DNA of 64,000 nucleotides, taken from positions 20,641 to 84,640 of the forward strand of contig JANLIT010000001.1 in NCBI GenBank assembly GCA_024653945.1, in the 5' to 3' direction. A program made the translations under genes and the position numbers. The DNA comes from Candidatus Campbellbacteria bacterium. Lineage in GTDB: Bacteria > Patescibacteriota > Minisyncoccia > Phycocordibacterales > EsbW-18. The notes under the pieces are model-generated. The model saw only the letters and a list, made by a program, of their open reading frames with translations, was not told the origin of the DNA and searched no databases. Every line of letters starts with the position of its first letter. Position 1 is the stretch's first letter. Below are positions 55,478 to 64,000 of this stretch, piece by piece.

Positions 55478-56005
55478 ATGACAGTGAAAATTGTTCAAAA
55501 CAAAAACCCCGTGCTTCGAGGAAAAGCCCACGCTGTTTCAAAATCGGATGTTGGTGGTAAAAAACTTGCATCTATTGTTGCTGATATGAAAAAGGCGCTC
55601 GCCACACAAAAAGATGGTGTTGCTCTTGCTGCGCCCCAAATAGATATTCCGTTGCAAATATTTATTGTTGCAGGAGCCATCTTTAAAAAAGAAACGGATG
55701 AAAAAACACCCGACGATATGGTGTTTATAAATCCTGCAATTGTCAAAAAATCACGAACAAAAAAATGGCTGGAGGAAGGATGTCTTTCTGTTCGTTGGAA
55801 ATATGGAGAAGTACACCGACATACAAAAGCAACGGTGCGCGCTCTTGGTTTGGATGGAAAACCTTTTGAGGTCGGTGCCAGTGGACTCTTGGCACAAATT
55901 TTTCAGCACGAAACAGACCACCTCAACGGTGTCCTGTTTATTGATACCGCCCGCAATGTCCACGATATGCCACCAGAGAAACCTGAGAAACCTGAAAAAA
56001 AATAA
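55478..56005 (+). CDS. def: peptide deformylase
   Basis: EGCLS and HETDHLNG motifs. Start taken at the internal Met. Confidence 0.85.
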   Translation: MTVKIVQNKNPVLRGKAHAVSKSDVGGKKLASIVADMKKALATQKDGVALAAPQIDIPLQIFIVAGAIFKKETDEKTPDDMVFINPAIVKKSRTKKWLEEGCLSVRWKYGEVHRHTKATVRALGLDGKPFEVGASGLLAQIFQHETDHLNGVLFIDTARNVHDMPPEKPEKPEKK

Positions 56006-56007
56006 GT

Positions 56008-56862
56008 ATGAAACCTTCGTTCGTCTTTTTTGGCTCACCCGACATTGCGGTCACAGCTCTTGAAACACTGCTCCATGCGGGGTTTATTCCGCATACCATT
56101 GTCACCGCGCCTGACGCGCCTCAAGGACGCGGGTTAATTCTCACTCCTCCACCAGTAAAGGTGTGGGCTCAAAAACATGCCATACCAATCCTTCAACCGG
56201 AAAAGCTTTCGGAGGAACGTGTCGTGTCAACACTACAAAGTTGTACTCCTGAGTTTTTTGTTGTTGTTGCCTATGGAAAAATTATCCCACAGGTTATTCT
56301 CAACATCCCACACAGAGGAACACTGAATCTACACCCATCTCTTCTTCCCCGACATCGTGGACCCTCACCAATTGAATCTCAGATTTTACATGAACAAAGT
56401 TCAACAGGTGTTGGTGTTTCCATTATGCTTTTGGATGAAAAAATGGATCATGGACCAATTCTGGCACAACGCTCCCTTGAACCAGGGGCACCGTGGCCTG
56501 TTGCAACAAGCATTTTGCGACCCCACCTTGCGCGGATTGGAGCACAACTCTTGTGTGACGTACTGCCAAAGTATCTTGACGGGACACTCTTACCTATTGA
56601 ACAGAATCATGAACAAGCAACGTATTGCAAACTGATTAAAAAAGAAGATGCATTGCTGGATATGAATAGTGCTCCATATATTGAGTACTTAAAAATACTG
56701 GCATATGATATGTGGCCTCGAGCATTTTTCTTTATAGAAAAGAGTGGAAAAAATATTCGAGTCATTGTCACTCGTGCGCGATTTGAAGATACCATGCTCA
56801 CTATTGAAAAAGTTATTCCCGAGGGACGGAAGGAAATGACCTATGCGGAGTTTCTTTCTTAG
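56008..56862 (+). CDS. fmt: methionyl-tRNA formyltransferase
   Basis: VVFFGSPDIAV ... HPSLLPRHRG. Immediately downstream of def. Confidence 0.9.
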   Translation: MKPSFVFFGSPDIAVTALETLLHAGFIPHTIVTAPDAPQGRGLILTPPPVKVWAQKHAIPILQPEKLSEERVVSTLQSCTPEFFVVVAYGKIIPQVILNIPHRGTLNLHPSLLPRHRGPSPIESQILHEQSSTGVGVSIMLLDEKMDHGPILAQRSLEPGAPWPVATSILRPHLARIGAQLLCDVLPKYLDGTLLPIEQNHEQATYCKLIKKEDALLDMNSAPYIEYLKILAYDMWPRAFFFIEKSGKNIRVIVTRARFEDTMLTIEKVIPEGRKEMTYAEFLS

Positions 56863-57242
56863 TTTTCATCCCCACCTCCAAGTCCCATCTTCTGCAAAAG
56901 TGATTTAAACATTCGAGCGCCTCGGCGAGAATCTCGTGTTTTTTTATTTTTTCGTTTTCGTACTTCATCAAGAAGTTCATCTTTTGCAACATCAATTGCC
57001 GCATACAAATCTTCTTTGTCTGAAACCACGCGTATAAGCTCACCCTCAACACGTAGGTTTATCTCGCAACGAAAAATACTACCTCCACTGTGGTGGCGTG
57101 TTGTCATACCCATTTCAACCTCAGCGTACGCTTCTTTTGAAGGGTCAATGAATTTTCCTACTGAAACAACCTTTTCCTGCGCATACGAACGAATCGCTGA
57201 TGTTAATTCCATACCTGTCGCCTTGAGGGAGATATTGAGCAT
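56859..57242 (-). CDS. hpf: ribosome hibernation promoting factor / RaiA (S30AE)
   Basis: MLNISLKATGMELTSAIRSYAQEKV matches the YfiA/HPF fold. Confidence 0.8.
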   Translation of the reverse strand: MLNISLKATGMELTSAIRSYAQEKVVSVGKFIDPSKEAYAEVEMGMTTRHHSGGSIFRCEINLRVEGELIRVVSDKEDLYAAIDVAKDELLDEVRKRKNKKTRDSRRGARMFKSLLQKMGLGGGDEN

Positions 57243-57270
57243 ACGAAATGACGATGAACGAGTAATACTC

Positions 57271-57501
57271 CTATTCTAACACTTCAACTACTTTATTTCT
57301 TGCATGATGTCCGGTACGGATACGGAGTTTTGAAACAGGAATGCCCAAACGCCTAGCCACGAGAGCCAGTGTACGTAGTGTTGCTTTGTTGTCCTGTGCC
57401 TTTTCTCGAACAGATATAACAAATCGCCCATCACCTTTATCTTCAATGGTTTCTTTTGGAGCGTTTGGAGTTACTTTTATTTTGAGATACGTGGTGTTCA
57501 T
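57271..57501 (-). CDS. DUF167 (YggU) family protein
   Basis: LKIKVTPNAPKETIEDKGDGRFVISVREKAQDNKATLRTLALVARRLGIPVSKLRIRTGHHARNKVVEV matches the UPF0235 pattern. Confidence 0.6.
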   Translation of the reverse strand: MNTTYLKIKVTPNAPKETIEDKGDGRFVISVREKAQDNKATLRTLALVARRLGIPVSKLRIRTGHHARNKVVEVLE

Positions 57502-57518
57502 ATATACATCATAACGTA

Positions 57519-57650
57519 CAAACGCCCCCACTTGCGTGGAGACGTCTGTTTGATACATGGTACAGAATTTTTTAAGAGGCGCAAGTGGTTATCCACCTTG
57601 CCAACATTCCCCCTAAAATGTAAACGCCCCCACTTGCGTGGAGACGTCTA
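57519..57650. repeat. 27-bp direct repeat (aacgcccccacttgcgtggagacgtct) present twice, about 100 bp apart
   Basis: Read directly. Each copy contains the palindromes ccac..gtgg and agacgtct. Confidence 0.75.
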
Positions 57651-57764
57651 CATCAGCAATCTTATACTACCCCTTTGTGGAGTGCAAATGAGTTATCCAC
57701 AGTGCTAAAATGCTCTCTGAAAGACCTTTTGTTTATTTGGGTTATACCCAGCTTACCTAAAAGT

Positions 57765-57929
57765 CTATGAGCTTATTTTAAGACCAAGATAGATACCGAG
57801 AAATCCACCGATGGCCGTGCAAATAACTGAAGAAAAACCAAACGGGCTTGCTCCCCACAACGTTGGCACATACCCACCGACAAATGAGCCGACAAAAAGC
57901 CCGAGCCAAATAAATTTCTTTGAATCCAC
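57765..57929 (-). CDS. candidate small membrane protein (GlsB/YeaQ/YmgE-like), GTG start; not in the ORF track
   Basis: Alternative frame: VDSKKFIWLGLFVGSFVGGYVPTLWGASPFGFSSVICTAIGGFLGIYLGLKISS. The Gly-zipper pattern is typical of this family. The track ORF 57773-57976 in another frame looks random. Confidence 0.3.
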   Translation of the reverse strand: MDSKKFIWLGLFVGSFVGGYVPTLWGASPFGFSSVICTAIGGFLGIYLGLKISS

Positions 57930-58020
57930 GGTGTGTAGTTTACCCCGTTAGATACAAACCCGCTATACCAACTCATGTCTATATATAAACAAGATATCTA
58001 ACGGGGTGTATCACCCAAAC

Positions 58021-58051
58021 AAAAAGCCACCGATGGTTTGGTGGCTTTTTG
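58021..58051. terminator. bidirectional intrinsic terminator (aagccacc / ggtggctt flanked by A- and T-runs)
   Basis: Read directly. Downstream of the DUF4870 gene. Confidence 0.65.
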
Positions 58052-58067
58052 TACTACGCCGTCTACG

Positions 58068-58436
58068 CTAGAACGTAAAGTATTTTGAGAAACCTCCAAC
58101 GAGTGGAAGCGCCTTTTCTCTCTTTTCTACAACGTTCACAATTCCGATAATGGAAAGAATGAGTGTTGCGATATTGACAATGTTCAATAGCATCCAGAGT
58201 TGCCACATAAACATGCCCAAAATCCATACAATAACTTCAATGCTCAATACTACAAGTCCTTGTTTAATGTGGAACTTCACAAATGGTTGTTCTTTGTTTG
58301 TAAAAAACGGAATTAAAACCAATGGGCCGATGTATGAAAGAATACCCATGAGTGTATTCTTACTTGCAGCATCGTCTGCGTGTGTTCCTTGTGGTGCGCT
58401 GTTTTGTTGTGACGCGTTATTGTTTACTTGATCCAT
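58068..58436 (-). CDS. DUF4870-family membrane protein
   Basis: GILSYIGPLVLIPFFTNKEQPFVKFHIKQGLVVLSI matches the DUF4870 signature. Confidence 0.55.
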   Translation of the reverse strand: MDQVNNNASQQNSAPQGTHADDAASKNTLMGILSYIGPLVLIPFFTNKEQPFVKFHIKQGLVVLSIEVIVWILGMFMWQLWMLLNIVNIATLILSIIGIVNVVEKREKALPLVGGFSKYFTF

Positions 58437-58540
58437 ACTTTTTATATATACTACTAGTAATAATAGTTGTCTTCTTAGTGTATCACTCTCCCCATATCTC
58501 AAAAACAAGACGGTGGATTACGTGTGATTACTGTTGTTTT

Positions 58541-59431
58541 TTAATCAAAAATACTGATGAGATATTTGTCGATTTCCCTCTGATCCATATCATAAAAGTT
58601 AATTTTCTTTCGGTGCAATATACGGGCCAAGTCTGTGCCCACAAATCGCCAATGCCACGGTTCAAATTGATAAAACGTATTTCCCTGTGGATACGAGAGA
58701 ACAAAACCATATTTATACGCATTATCATCAAGCCATGTATATGCAGATGTTGCCCCAAAACCATCTAACCCACCGTTCAAACCAGTCGTCGTAAAATCAA
58801 TCGTCGTTCCGAGTTGGTGTTCTGAGTATCCTTGGTCTGCAGAAAAAGCATTCGCGCCCGACCCATAGCTCACTGTGTATCCAGTTTTAAGAGCAGTTTG
58901 GGTACCAAATGAACGATATGCAGAAACAATAAAAAGCTCTACATCATCATCCTCTGCGTCTTGTATGAGGTTTTCAAGGAAACTTCTTACTTGTCGGTGA
59001 ATTTGTTGTGCAACTTTTTCGTCATAGAGAAGATCCTTATCAATAGTAACGAGCCTTGGTGGCGTATAATTTTCATTCAAAAAGTATACTTTGGAATATT
59101 TTTGCAATAATTCAGGATCTAGTTTACTCAACTTTTCAAATTCTCCCACTGTGCCACTAAGCTCTTCTATTTGATCTTCAAGATTATTCACACGTGACTC
59201 TTGTAAATTAAGTTCATCACGCAAATTTGTCTTTTCTTCTTCTGCTTGTAACAACTCACCTTGAAGTGACACGACCGAGCTTGATGCTGACAAATAAAGA
59301 CCGTTGATTGTATAAAAACGATATCCTCCGTATCCGAGAATAATAAGAAGGACAACAACAATAATGCTCAAGAGTGTGTCTGCTATTTTGTGTGAAGGTT
59401 CCATATGTGTAATGTGGCTTGATTGTAGCAC
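58541..59431 (-). CDS. D-alanyl-D-alanine carboxypeptidase (VanY/M15B) with an N-terminal TM helix and coiled coil
   Basis: SAYRSFGTQ ... SEHQLGTTIDF ... EPWHWRFVG matches VanY zinc-binding motifs. Confidence 0.75.
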   Translation of the reverse strand: MLQSSHITHMEPSHKIADTLLSIIVVVLLIILGYGGYRFYTINGLYLSASSSVVSLQGELLQAEEEKTNLRDELNLQESRVNNLEDQIEELSGTVGEFEKLSKLDPELLQKYSKVYFLNENYTPPRLVTIDKDLLYDEKVAQQIHRQVRSFLENLIQDAEDDDVELFIVSAYRSFGTQTALKTGYTVSYGSGANAFSADQGYSEHQLGTTIDFTTTGLNGGLDGFGATSAYTWLDDNAYKYGFVLSYPQGNTFYQFEPWHWRFVGTDLARILHRKKINFYDMDQREIDKYLISIFD

Positions 59432-59501
59432 CTTTTACTCTAGAGAAATAGAAAAGCACCCTGTATCTCTACAAGGTGCTTCGGGTTGCCCCAAGGAAGT
59501 C

Positions 59502-59723
59502 CTAGAAGGACTGGCTCGGGAGGAGAAAGATGACAGGCTGGCGCGGGTTCATGTGAATCACCCCGCAGAAAACCAGCATTCGGTTCGGCTTCGCTCCGGT
59601 GGGGGCGCTGATGCGCACCTTGCGCATCGTCCCCAACTTCCTCGGGGTGCTGGGATCGAGGTCGTTCTCGACAGAGTGGAACGTCTTCTGCACACGCTCC
59701 CAGCGGTTCTTACGGTCAGCCAT
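59502..59723 (-). CDS. small hypothetical protein in a GC-rich (~60%) cassette
   Basis: ATG preceded by GGGAGAG. A hairpin plus T-tract follows on the minus strand. Alternative overlapping ORFs exist on both strands. Confidence 0.3.
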   Translation of the reverse strand: MADRKNRWERVQKTFHSVENDLDPSTPRKLGTMRKVRISAPTGAKPNRMLVFCGVIHMNPRQPVIFLLPSQSF

Positions 59724-59915
59724 GTACTCTCTCCCGCTAAGTCACGCGAAATTGCGTGACATATTTTCCGATACAACTGTATCATACTATATTATACATG
59801 TCAAGTACTATGAACGGTGCTCTATTTTTGTGCACATCACACTCGCCCACCACTAAAGCATCTAGAATCTAACCTATACACAGTTTAGTATAAAAATTTT
59901 TCAAAATTCCAGAGC

Positions 59916-60245
59916 ATGTATGGTAAACTATTGTGTATGGAAACACTTATCCACGCAGATATTTTTTTCTTTATCACAAGCATCTTTGTTGTTCTTCTTA
60001 TCATTACGTTTGGTGTATCAATGTATTACATCATTCCAATTTTTAGAGACCTGCGACACCTCTCAGAAGTCGCGCGAAAAGAAGGTGATAAACTTGTTGG
60101 TGATATTGATGAACTGCGCGGTGCGGTGAAAGAAGAAGGCACGAAGATAAAAACGATTTTTGATTATTTTATTGGATTATTCATTAAACGGCAGAAAATA
60201 AACAAAAAAAAGAAAGCGGGTATTAAAAAAGACAGTAACCAGTAG
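59916..60245 (+). CDS. small membrane protein (one TM helix, then a Lys-rich tail)
   Basis: Hydrophobic helix IFFFITSIFVVLLIITFGV. Confidence 0.35.
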   Translation: MYGKLLCMETLIHADIFFFITSIFVVLLIITFGVSMYYIIPIFRDLRHLSEVARKEGDKLVGDIDELRGAVKEEGTKIKTIFDYFIGLFIKRQKINKKKKAGIKKDSNQ

Positions 60246-60340
60246 AATTACATCGCGCTCTGTGTTACGTTTCTATTAACGGTACGTGACATGATCTCGT
60301 GAGATCAACAATTACGCGATGCGATTTTGTGAAATCGCAC

Positions 60341-60736
60341 ATGAAAAAAACAACAAAAAAGGTGGCGACGGGAGCAGGAATCGCAGTACTCGCAGCAGCG
60401 GCCGCAGGAACATATTTCTTTTACGGGTCAAAACATGCGAAGAAAAATCGTGCTACAGCCAAGGCGTGGTCACACAAAGCAAAAAACGAAGTTATACAAA
60501 AACTAAAGAAAGCGTCAACGATAACCGAAAAAGGATACCACGCAACAGTTAAAGAGGTTGCTGGACGTTACAAAAAACTACAGAAACTTGACCCTAAAGA
60601 AGTCGCCGTGTTTGTGTCAGAACTCAAAAGTCATTGGAAAAATATTTCAAAGGAATTAAAAGCTGGAACAAAAACTGTTCATCACACAAAGAAACCAACC
60701 GCAAAAAAGAAATCGGCCAAGAAAACAAGAAAATAG
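60341..60736 (+). CDS. Lys-rich basic protein with an N-terminal TM/signal anchor
   Basis: MKKTTKKVATGAGIAVLAAAAAGTYFFYG, then a Lys/Ala-rich helical region. Confidence 0.4.
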   Translation: MKKTTKKVATGAGIAVLAAAAAGTYFFYGSKHAKKNRATAKAWSHKAKNEVIQKLKKASTITEKGYHATVKEVAGRYKKLQKLDPKEVAVFVSELKSHWKNISKELKAGTKTVHHTKKPTAKKKSAKKTRK

Positions 60737-60790
60737 GCCCCTAAAGTAAAAAACACCCATTCGGGTGTTTTTTACTGCTATACTGGTTGT

Positions 60791-61996
60791 ATGAAAAAAA
60801 TCCACTCTCTTTCTTGGTTGGTGGTTCTGTTCTGTCTTCTATTGATTAGTATGACTGTGGCTCCCTCTTCCGTCCACGCAAACACTGATTTAAAAATATC
60901 AGGATGGATTCCCTACTGGGCAGTATCCAGTGGCACAAAAGATGCACGAAAAAATATTGATGCATTCTCGGCTATTTTTCCTTTTAACTATTCCGTAAAA
61001 AGTGACGGTTCCCTGCTTGATTTAGGAAAAATCAAACAAAGTGCATGGAAGAAGTTGTTCACTGTAGCAAAAAAGAAAGATGTGCTTGTCATTCCAACAG
61101 TTATGTGGAGCAACACGGGTGCCATATACACAGTATTGAACAACCCAAACCTTAGAGCAAAACATATTGGAGAGATTGTAACGATGGTGAAAAAGCAAAA
61201 GTTTGATGGTGTGGACATTGATTATGAAGGAAAGAGTGCCGAAACATATACTTCTTTTGCACTTTTTCTCAAAGAGCTCAAAAAGAAACTTGGAAAAAGA
61301 AAAGTTCTCTCGTGCACCATTGAAGCACGAACTCCACCAGATTCTCTCTACAAAACAATTCCCACCGACTTGCGCTATGCGAATGATTACAATGCAATTG
61401 CAAAATACTGTGATCGTGTGAACATCATGACCTATGACCAGCAACGCGCAGATCTCAAACTCAACGACGCACACGTTGGGGAAGCATATATCCCCATGTC
61501 AGACCCCGCGTGGGTCCGCAAGGTCATTGAGTTGACACTACAGACCATTCCTAAAGAAAAAATCTCACTTGGCGTTCCCACATATGGACATGAGTATGAG
61601 GTTATCGTACGCTCTGGAGCATATCAGGAGTATGGGAAGACTGGTGCGTTCAATCCTTCGTATGGAATCAAGACCGCGAAACAATACGGTATCACACCCG
61701 AGCGTAGTGACGCTGGCGAGTTGAGTTTTACGTTCTCTCTCCTCCCAACGGCGCCACAATTCCTATATAACGCACCCATCCCAACAAACACATCCAGCGC
61801 AAATCGAGTTGCAGCACAATCATTTGCATACACAAAGGCGACCGGGCTCGCGTCAGTGTTCTATTATGCAACGTGGAGTGATGCGGAAGCTATCAGACAA
61901 AAGATTGAGCTTGCGCGGGAATATGGACTTGCGGGTATTGCACTTTTTAAAATTGACGGTAACGAAGATTCCGCCATGTGGAAACTCTTTGATTAA
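60791..61996 (+). CDS. secreted glycoside hydrolase family 18 (chitinase-like)
   Basis: Signal peptide. GH18 catalytic motif FDGVDIDYEG. Confidence 0.8.
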   Translation: MKKIHSLSWLVVLFCLLLISMTVAPSSVHANTDLKISGWIPYWAVSSGTKDARKNIDAFSAIFPFNYSVKSDGSLLDLGKIKQSAWKKLFTVAKKKDVLVIPTVMWSNTGAIYTVLNNPNLRAKHIGEIVTMVKKQKFDGVDIDYEGKSAETYTSFALFLKELKKKLGKRKVLSCTIEARTPPDSLYKTIPTDLRYANDYNAIAKYCDRVNIMTYDQQRADLKLNDAHVGEAYIPMSDPAWVRKVIELTLQTIPKEKISLGVPTYGHEYEVIVRSGAYQEYGKTGAFNPSYGIKTAKQYGITPERSDAGELSFTFSLLPTAPQFLYNAPIPTNTSSANRVAAQSFAYTKATGLASVFYYATWSDAEAIRQKIELAREYGLAGIALFKIDGNEDSAMWKLFD

Positions 61997-62010
61997 AAAA
62001 TACCGCTAAA

Positions 62011-62727
62011 CTATTTATTATTTCGGAGATATGTAAGTGTTATTGCACGAAACCCAAAGAAAAGAAGTGGTACTGCAATAATCTGTAAAACTGATATCCA
62101 CGGCGACGAAATAACCGACAAATACCAAAAAGATTGTTGAGGTAAACCAACTTGAACAAAGATATAAAGCAGAGATGTTACCAAAAGTGTTAGTACCCCC
62201 GACATGACAAAAAAGATGCCTGATTTTGAAACGACAGAAAACGAAGACAGTTGTTGTTGTTTAATATCTCGGAGTTTAAAAAGTAAAAATATCTGCATTG
62301 GAATAAAGAAGAGTACGTGCGAAAGCCACACGGGAGCATAGTTTGTATCAAATGTAGGAATTAAAAAGCTTAGGGAAAAATACACACCCGAGAGAATGAG
62401 TACTATGGCCGACACAACAGTAAAAGCTTTATGGTGAGAAAACGGTTTCAGCATAGCAAGCACTTCTATAAATAAAAAGTATGCGAGAAGATGCAGAATA
62501 AGTGTTATGAAAAAAAATGGATATAAATCACGCTGAACAACGGTAATGTTTGCGTTTATAATAATGTTTGGCATTTTAAACAAAAGAAGAAATACAAATC
62601 CAAAAGTTAAATACAAATGAAATGCATGTTTTCTTCCGCTTAAAAACCACAGCACAAGAAAATAGAGGCCACTTACAATAGAGACCAAAAAAGCAATCCC
62701 TGCGAGGAGAAAATTTGTGGTAATCAT
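62011..62727 (-). CDS. polytopic membrane protein, hypothetical
   Basis: Seven or eight hydrophobic helices. No SD before the annotated ATG, so the start is uncertain. Confidence 0.45.
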   Translation of the reverse strand: MITTNFLLAGIAFLVSIVSGLYFLVLWFLSGRKHAFHLYLTFGFVFLLLFKMPNIIINANITVVQRDLYPFFFITLILHLLAYFLFIEVLAMLKPFSHHKAFTVVSAIVLILSGVYFSLSFLIPTFDTNYAPVWLSHVLFFIPMQIFLLFKLRDIKQQQLSSFSVVSKSGIFFVMSGVLTLLVTSLLYIFVQVGLPQQSFWYLSVISSPWISVLQIIAVPLLFFGFRAITLTYLRNNK

Positions 62728-62729
62728 GT

Positions 62730-62770
62730 ATAGTAAGAATAGTAACGCTTATAGTAAGAATAGTAACGCT
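62730..62770. repeat. two tandem copies of a 20-bp unit (atagtaagaatagtaacgct) with 21-bp period, directly upstream of the membrane-protein start
   Basis: Read directly. Confidence 0.75.
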
Positions 62771-62830
62771 ACACAAAAAAATTGCAAACAAGCACTGTCT
62801 TGATATACCATTATATACGTGAATATAACA

Positions 62831-62856
62831 AAAACCCGCCACCTGGCGGGTTTTTT
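62831..62856. terminator. bidirectional intrinsic terminator (cccgcc acct ggcggg flanked by A- and T-runs)
   Basis: Read directly. Downstream of the cupredoxin gene. Confidence 0.65.
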
Positions 62857-62863
62857 AAAATCG

Positions 62864-63277
62864 TTATTCTGTTACCACCACCGTTCCCTGCATTGAAGGA
62901 TGCAGTGAGCAGGTGTATTGGAATACTCCAACAGTATCAAAGGTAAAAGAGAATGTAGCGCCCGTGGCCAATGAGACGCTTGATGGGCCAGCACCTCCAA
63001 CCACACTTACCGTGTGTGGTGCACTATCCTTGTTCGTCCATGTAACCGATGTTCCTTTCTTCACCGTAACCGTCTTCGGAGAAAAGGCAAAATTTTCTAT
63101 TGCTACAGACGCCGTAGGCACTAAAAATTCTGCTGTTGGTGGCAGTGTTGTTGGTGTCACTGTTGTTGTGGTTGTTCCTGGGTCCGTGGGAGGAACGAGA
63201 ACGGCTGGTTTTCGTACCCACATAACACCGAGAACAACAAGAATAATAATAACAATCCAAATAATGAGTGATTTCAT
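62864..63277 (-). CDS. cupredoxin (plastocyanin/pseudoazurin-like blue-copper protein) with an N-terminal anchor and a Thr/Pro linker
   Basis: Copper ligands in type-1 spacing: H (APHTV) ... C-SLH-PSM (YTCSLHPSMQG). Confidence 0.7.
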   Translation of the reverse strand: MKSLIIWIVIIILVVLGVMWVRKPAVLVPPTDPGTTTTTVTPTTLPPTAEFLVPTASVAIENFAFSPKTVTVKKGTSVTWTNKDSAPHTVSVVGGAGPSSVSLATGATFSFTFDTVGVFQYTCSLHPSMQGTVVVTE

Positions 63278-63466
63278 ATGTATAAAATTTATTTGTAATA
63301 CTATGTTTTGCACGGAGAGTGTCTCATGGTCCGTGTTTAAATTTTATCGTACAATGTCTTTATACGATTTCATTGTATCAAAGTATGTATAAAACTTACA
63401 CAAAGAAAAGGCCGACCCTAGAAAAGGCCGGCTGTTACTACCCCCAACACCACGAGTGGCGCCAAT

Positions 63467-63862
63467 CTAGTGCTGTTGGCAGGCTTCAATAAAGCGATTT
63501 GTAACATGGAACACACCCCTATCATCCTGAACCAGCAGAACTTGGTCAGGAGACATCCACTGCGGTGAAGCCATGTCCAGCCACGAACACCAGAAGCCGA
63601 AGAACACCAGATTTGGGTCCCAGAGGTTCTCTTCATAGAACTTCATCAGTTCTTGAAGATGAAACCCTGCCCAGAGGTCGCCCTTTTTTCTCTGGAAAAA
63701 GAGAACCAACCTTCCCGCCGACACCTCAACCTCAAGCTTGCCGAACCTGCCGGTAGCTCCCGTTGGTCGGACGGAAATGTCACTTGGCCTGGTGGACTGT
63801 CTACCGTGCAGGTTCTCAGTAGATTCCCCAAGAACTCTGAACTCTGCTACTGAAAAGGACAT
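63467..63862 (-). CDS. hypothetical protein in a GC-rich (~55%) cassette
   Basis: ATG at 63862 preceded by GAGGAG. I recognise no family. Confidence 0.35.
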   Translation of the reverse strand: MSFSVAEFRVLGESTENLHGRQSTRPSDISVRPTGATGRFGKLEVEVSAGRLVLFFQRKKGDLWAGFHLQELMKFYEENLWDPNLVFFGFWCSWLDMASPQWMSPDQVLLVQDDRGVFHVTNRFIEACQQH

Positions 63863-64000
63863 TGGCACTCCTCTCTAGGTGTTTTTGATATCGTTCTGGG
63901 GAAACCTTAGCACACAAAAGAACGCAGGGAAATGCTTTACTTCAAATGCTACTTTCCGATACAATGAAAGAATATGAGATTCGGCATATTTGAATCAGGA

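Noticed and set aside
57583-57700. Chromosomal origin of replication inferred from DnaA-box matches
   Set aside because: There are only two boxes, no AT-rich unwinding element, and no dnaA/dnaN nearby. I report the motifs but do not call oriC.
57773-57976. Track ORF of 67 aa
   Set aside because: The translation has no protein-like features. An alternative frame on the same strand gives a recognisable Gly-zipper membrane peptide, which I report instead at low confidence.

Overview
This is a 64-kb, gene-dense chromosomal window from a small-genome bacterium with background GC of about 42-45%. Several traits are consistent with a reduced Patescibacteria/CPR-like genome but I cannot confirm the lineage: SMC is short and has no recognisable hinge, ribosomal protein S16 carries a repetitive C-terminal tail, NusB is fused to a NUDIX domain, a giant surface protein carries a peptidase-S74 chaperone domain, and no rimM sits between rpsP and trmD.

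Most genes are housekeeping and lie on the minus strand: rpoC(partial)-rpoB, rpsP-KH-trmD, RNase R, smc, rnc, nusB-NUDIX, rpmF, rnhB, dnaE, thrS, the dcw block mraZ-rsmH-ftsL-ftsI-murF, lysS-greA, mrdA-mreD-mreC-mreB, proS, rseP, frr, mnmA, def-fmt and hpf.

Three things stand out.

1. A mosaic variable island between 28.3 and 34.3 kb next to a tRNA-Glu gene. It carries a zincin-like peptidase and an alkyltransferase-like gene that share covarying hairpin operators, a G/C palindrome, about 0.9 kb of GC-rich non-coding DNA, a textbook sigma70 promoter with an operator palindrome driving a roughly 300-nt transcript that ends at a terminator, tag, and a roughly 27% GC gene with a HEPN-like Rx4H motif (Abi-like). 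Further along the island are a GC-rich GlcG-like gene and a degenerate duplicate of the tRNA-Glu 3' end.

2. At least ten small single-gene cassettes of 52-62% GC sit between housekeeping operons. Each has its own Shine-Dalgarno sequence, and five have their own GC-rich terminator.

3. Two adjacent giant secreted proteins: a 7-blade cysteine-containing beta-propeller adhesin-like protein, and a tail-fibre-like protein with a peptidase-S74 intramolecular chaperone domain.

Beyond these there are several dispersed or tandem intergenic repeat families (CATG-rich units, TAGCTTCRTTAGC units, 14-, 21- and 27-bp repeats), three consecutive palindromes sharing a TAAGCAGTTA core, and a candidate MraZ operator. 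I found no rRNA, CRISPR array or transposase. All calls rest on reading the sequence and ORF translations; no database search was possible.
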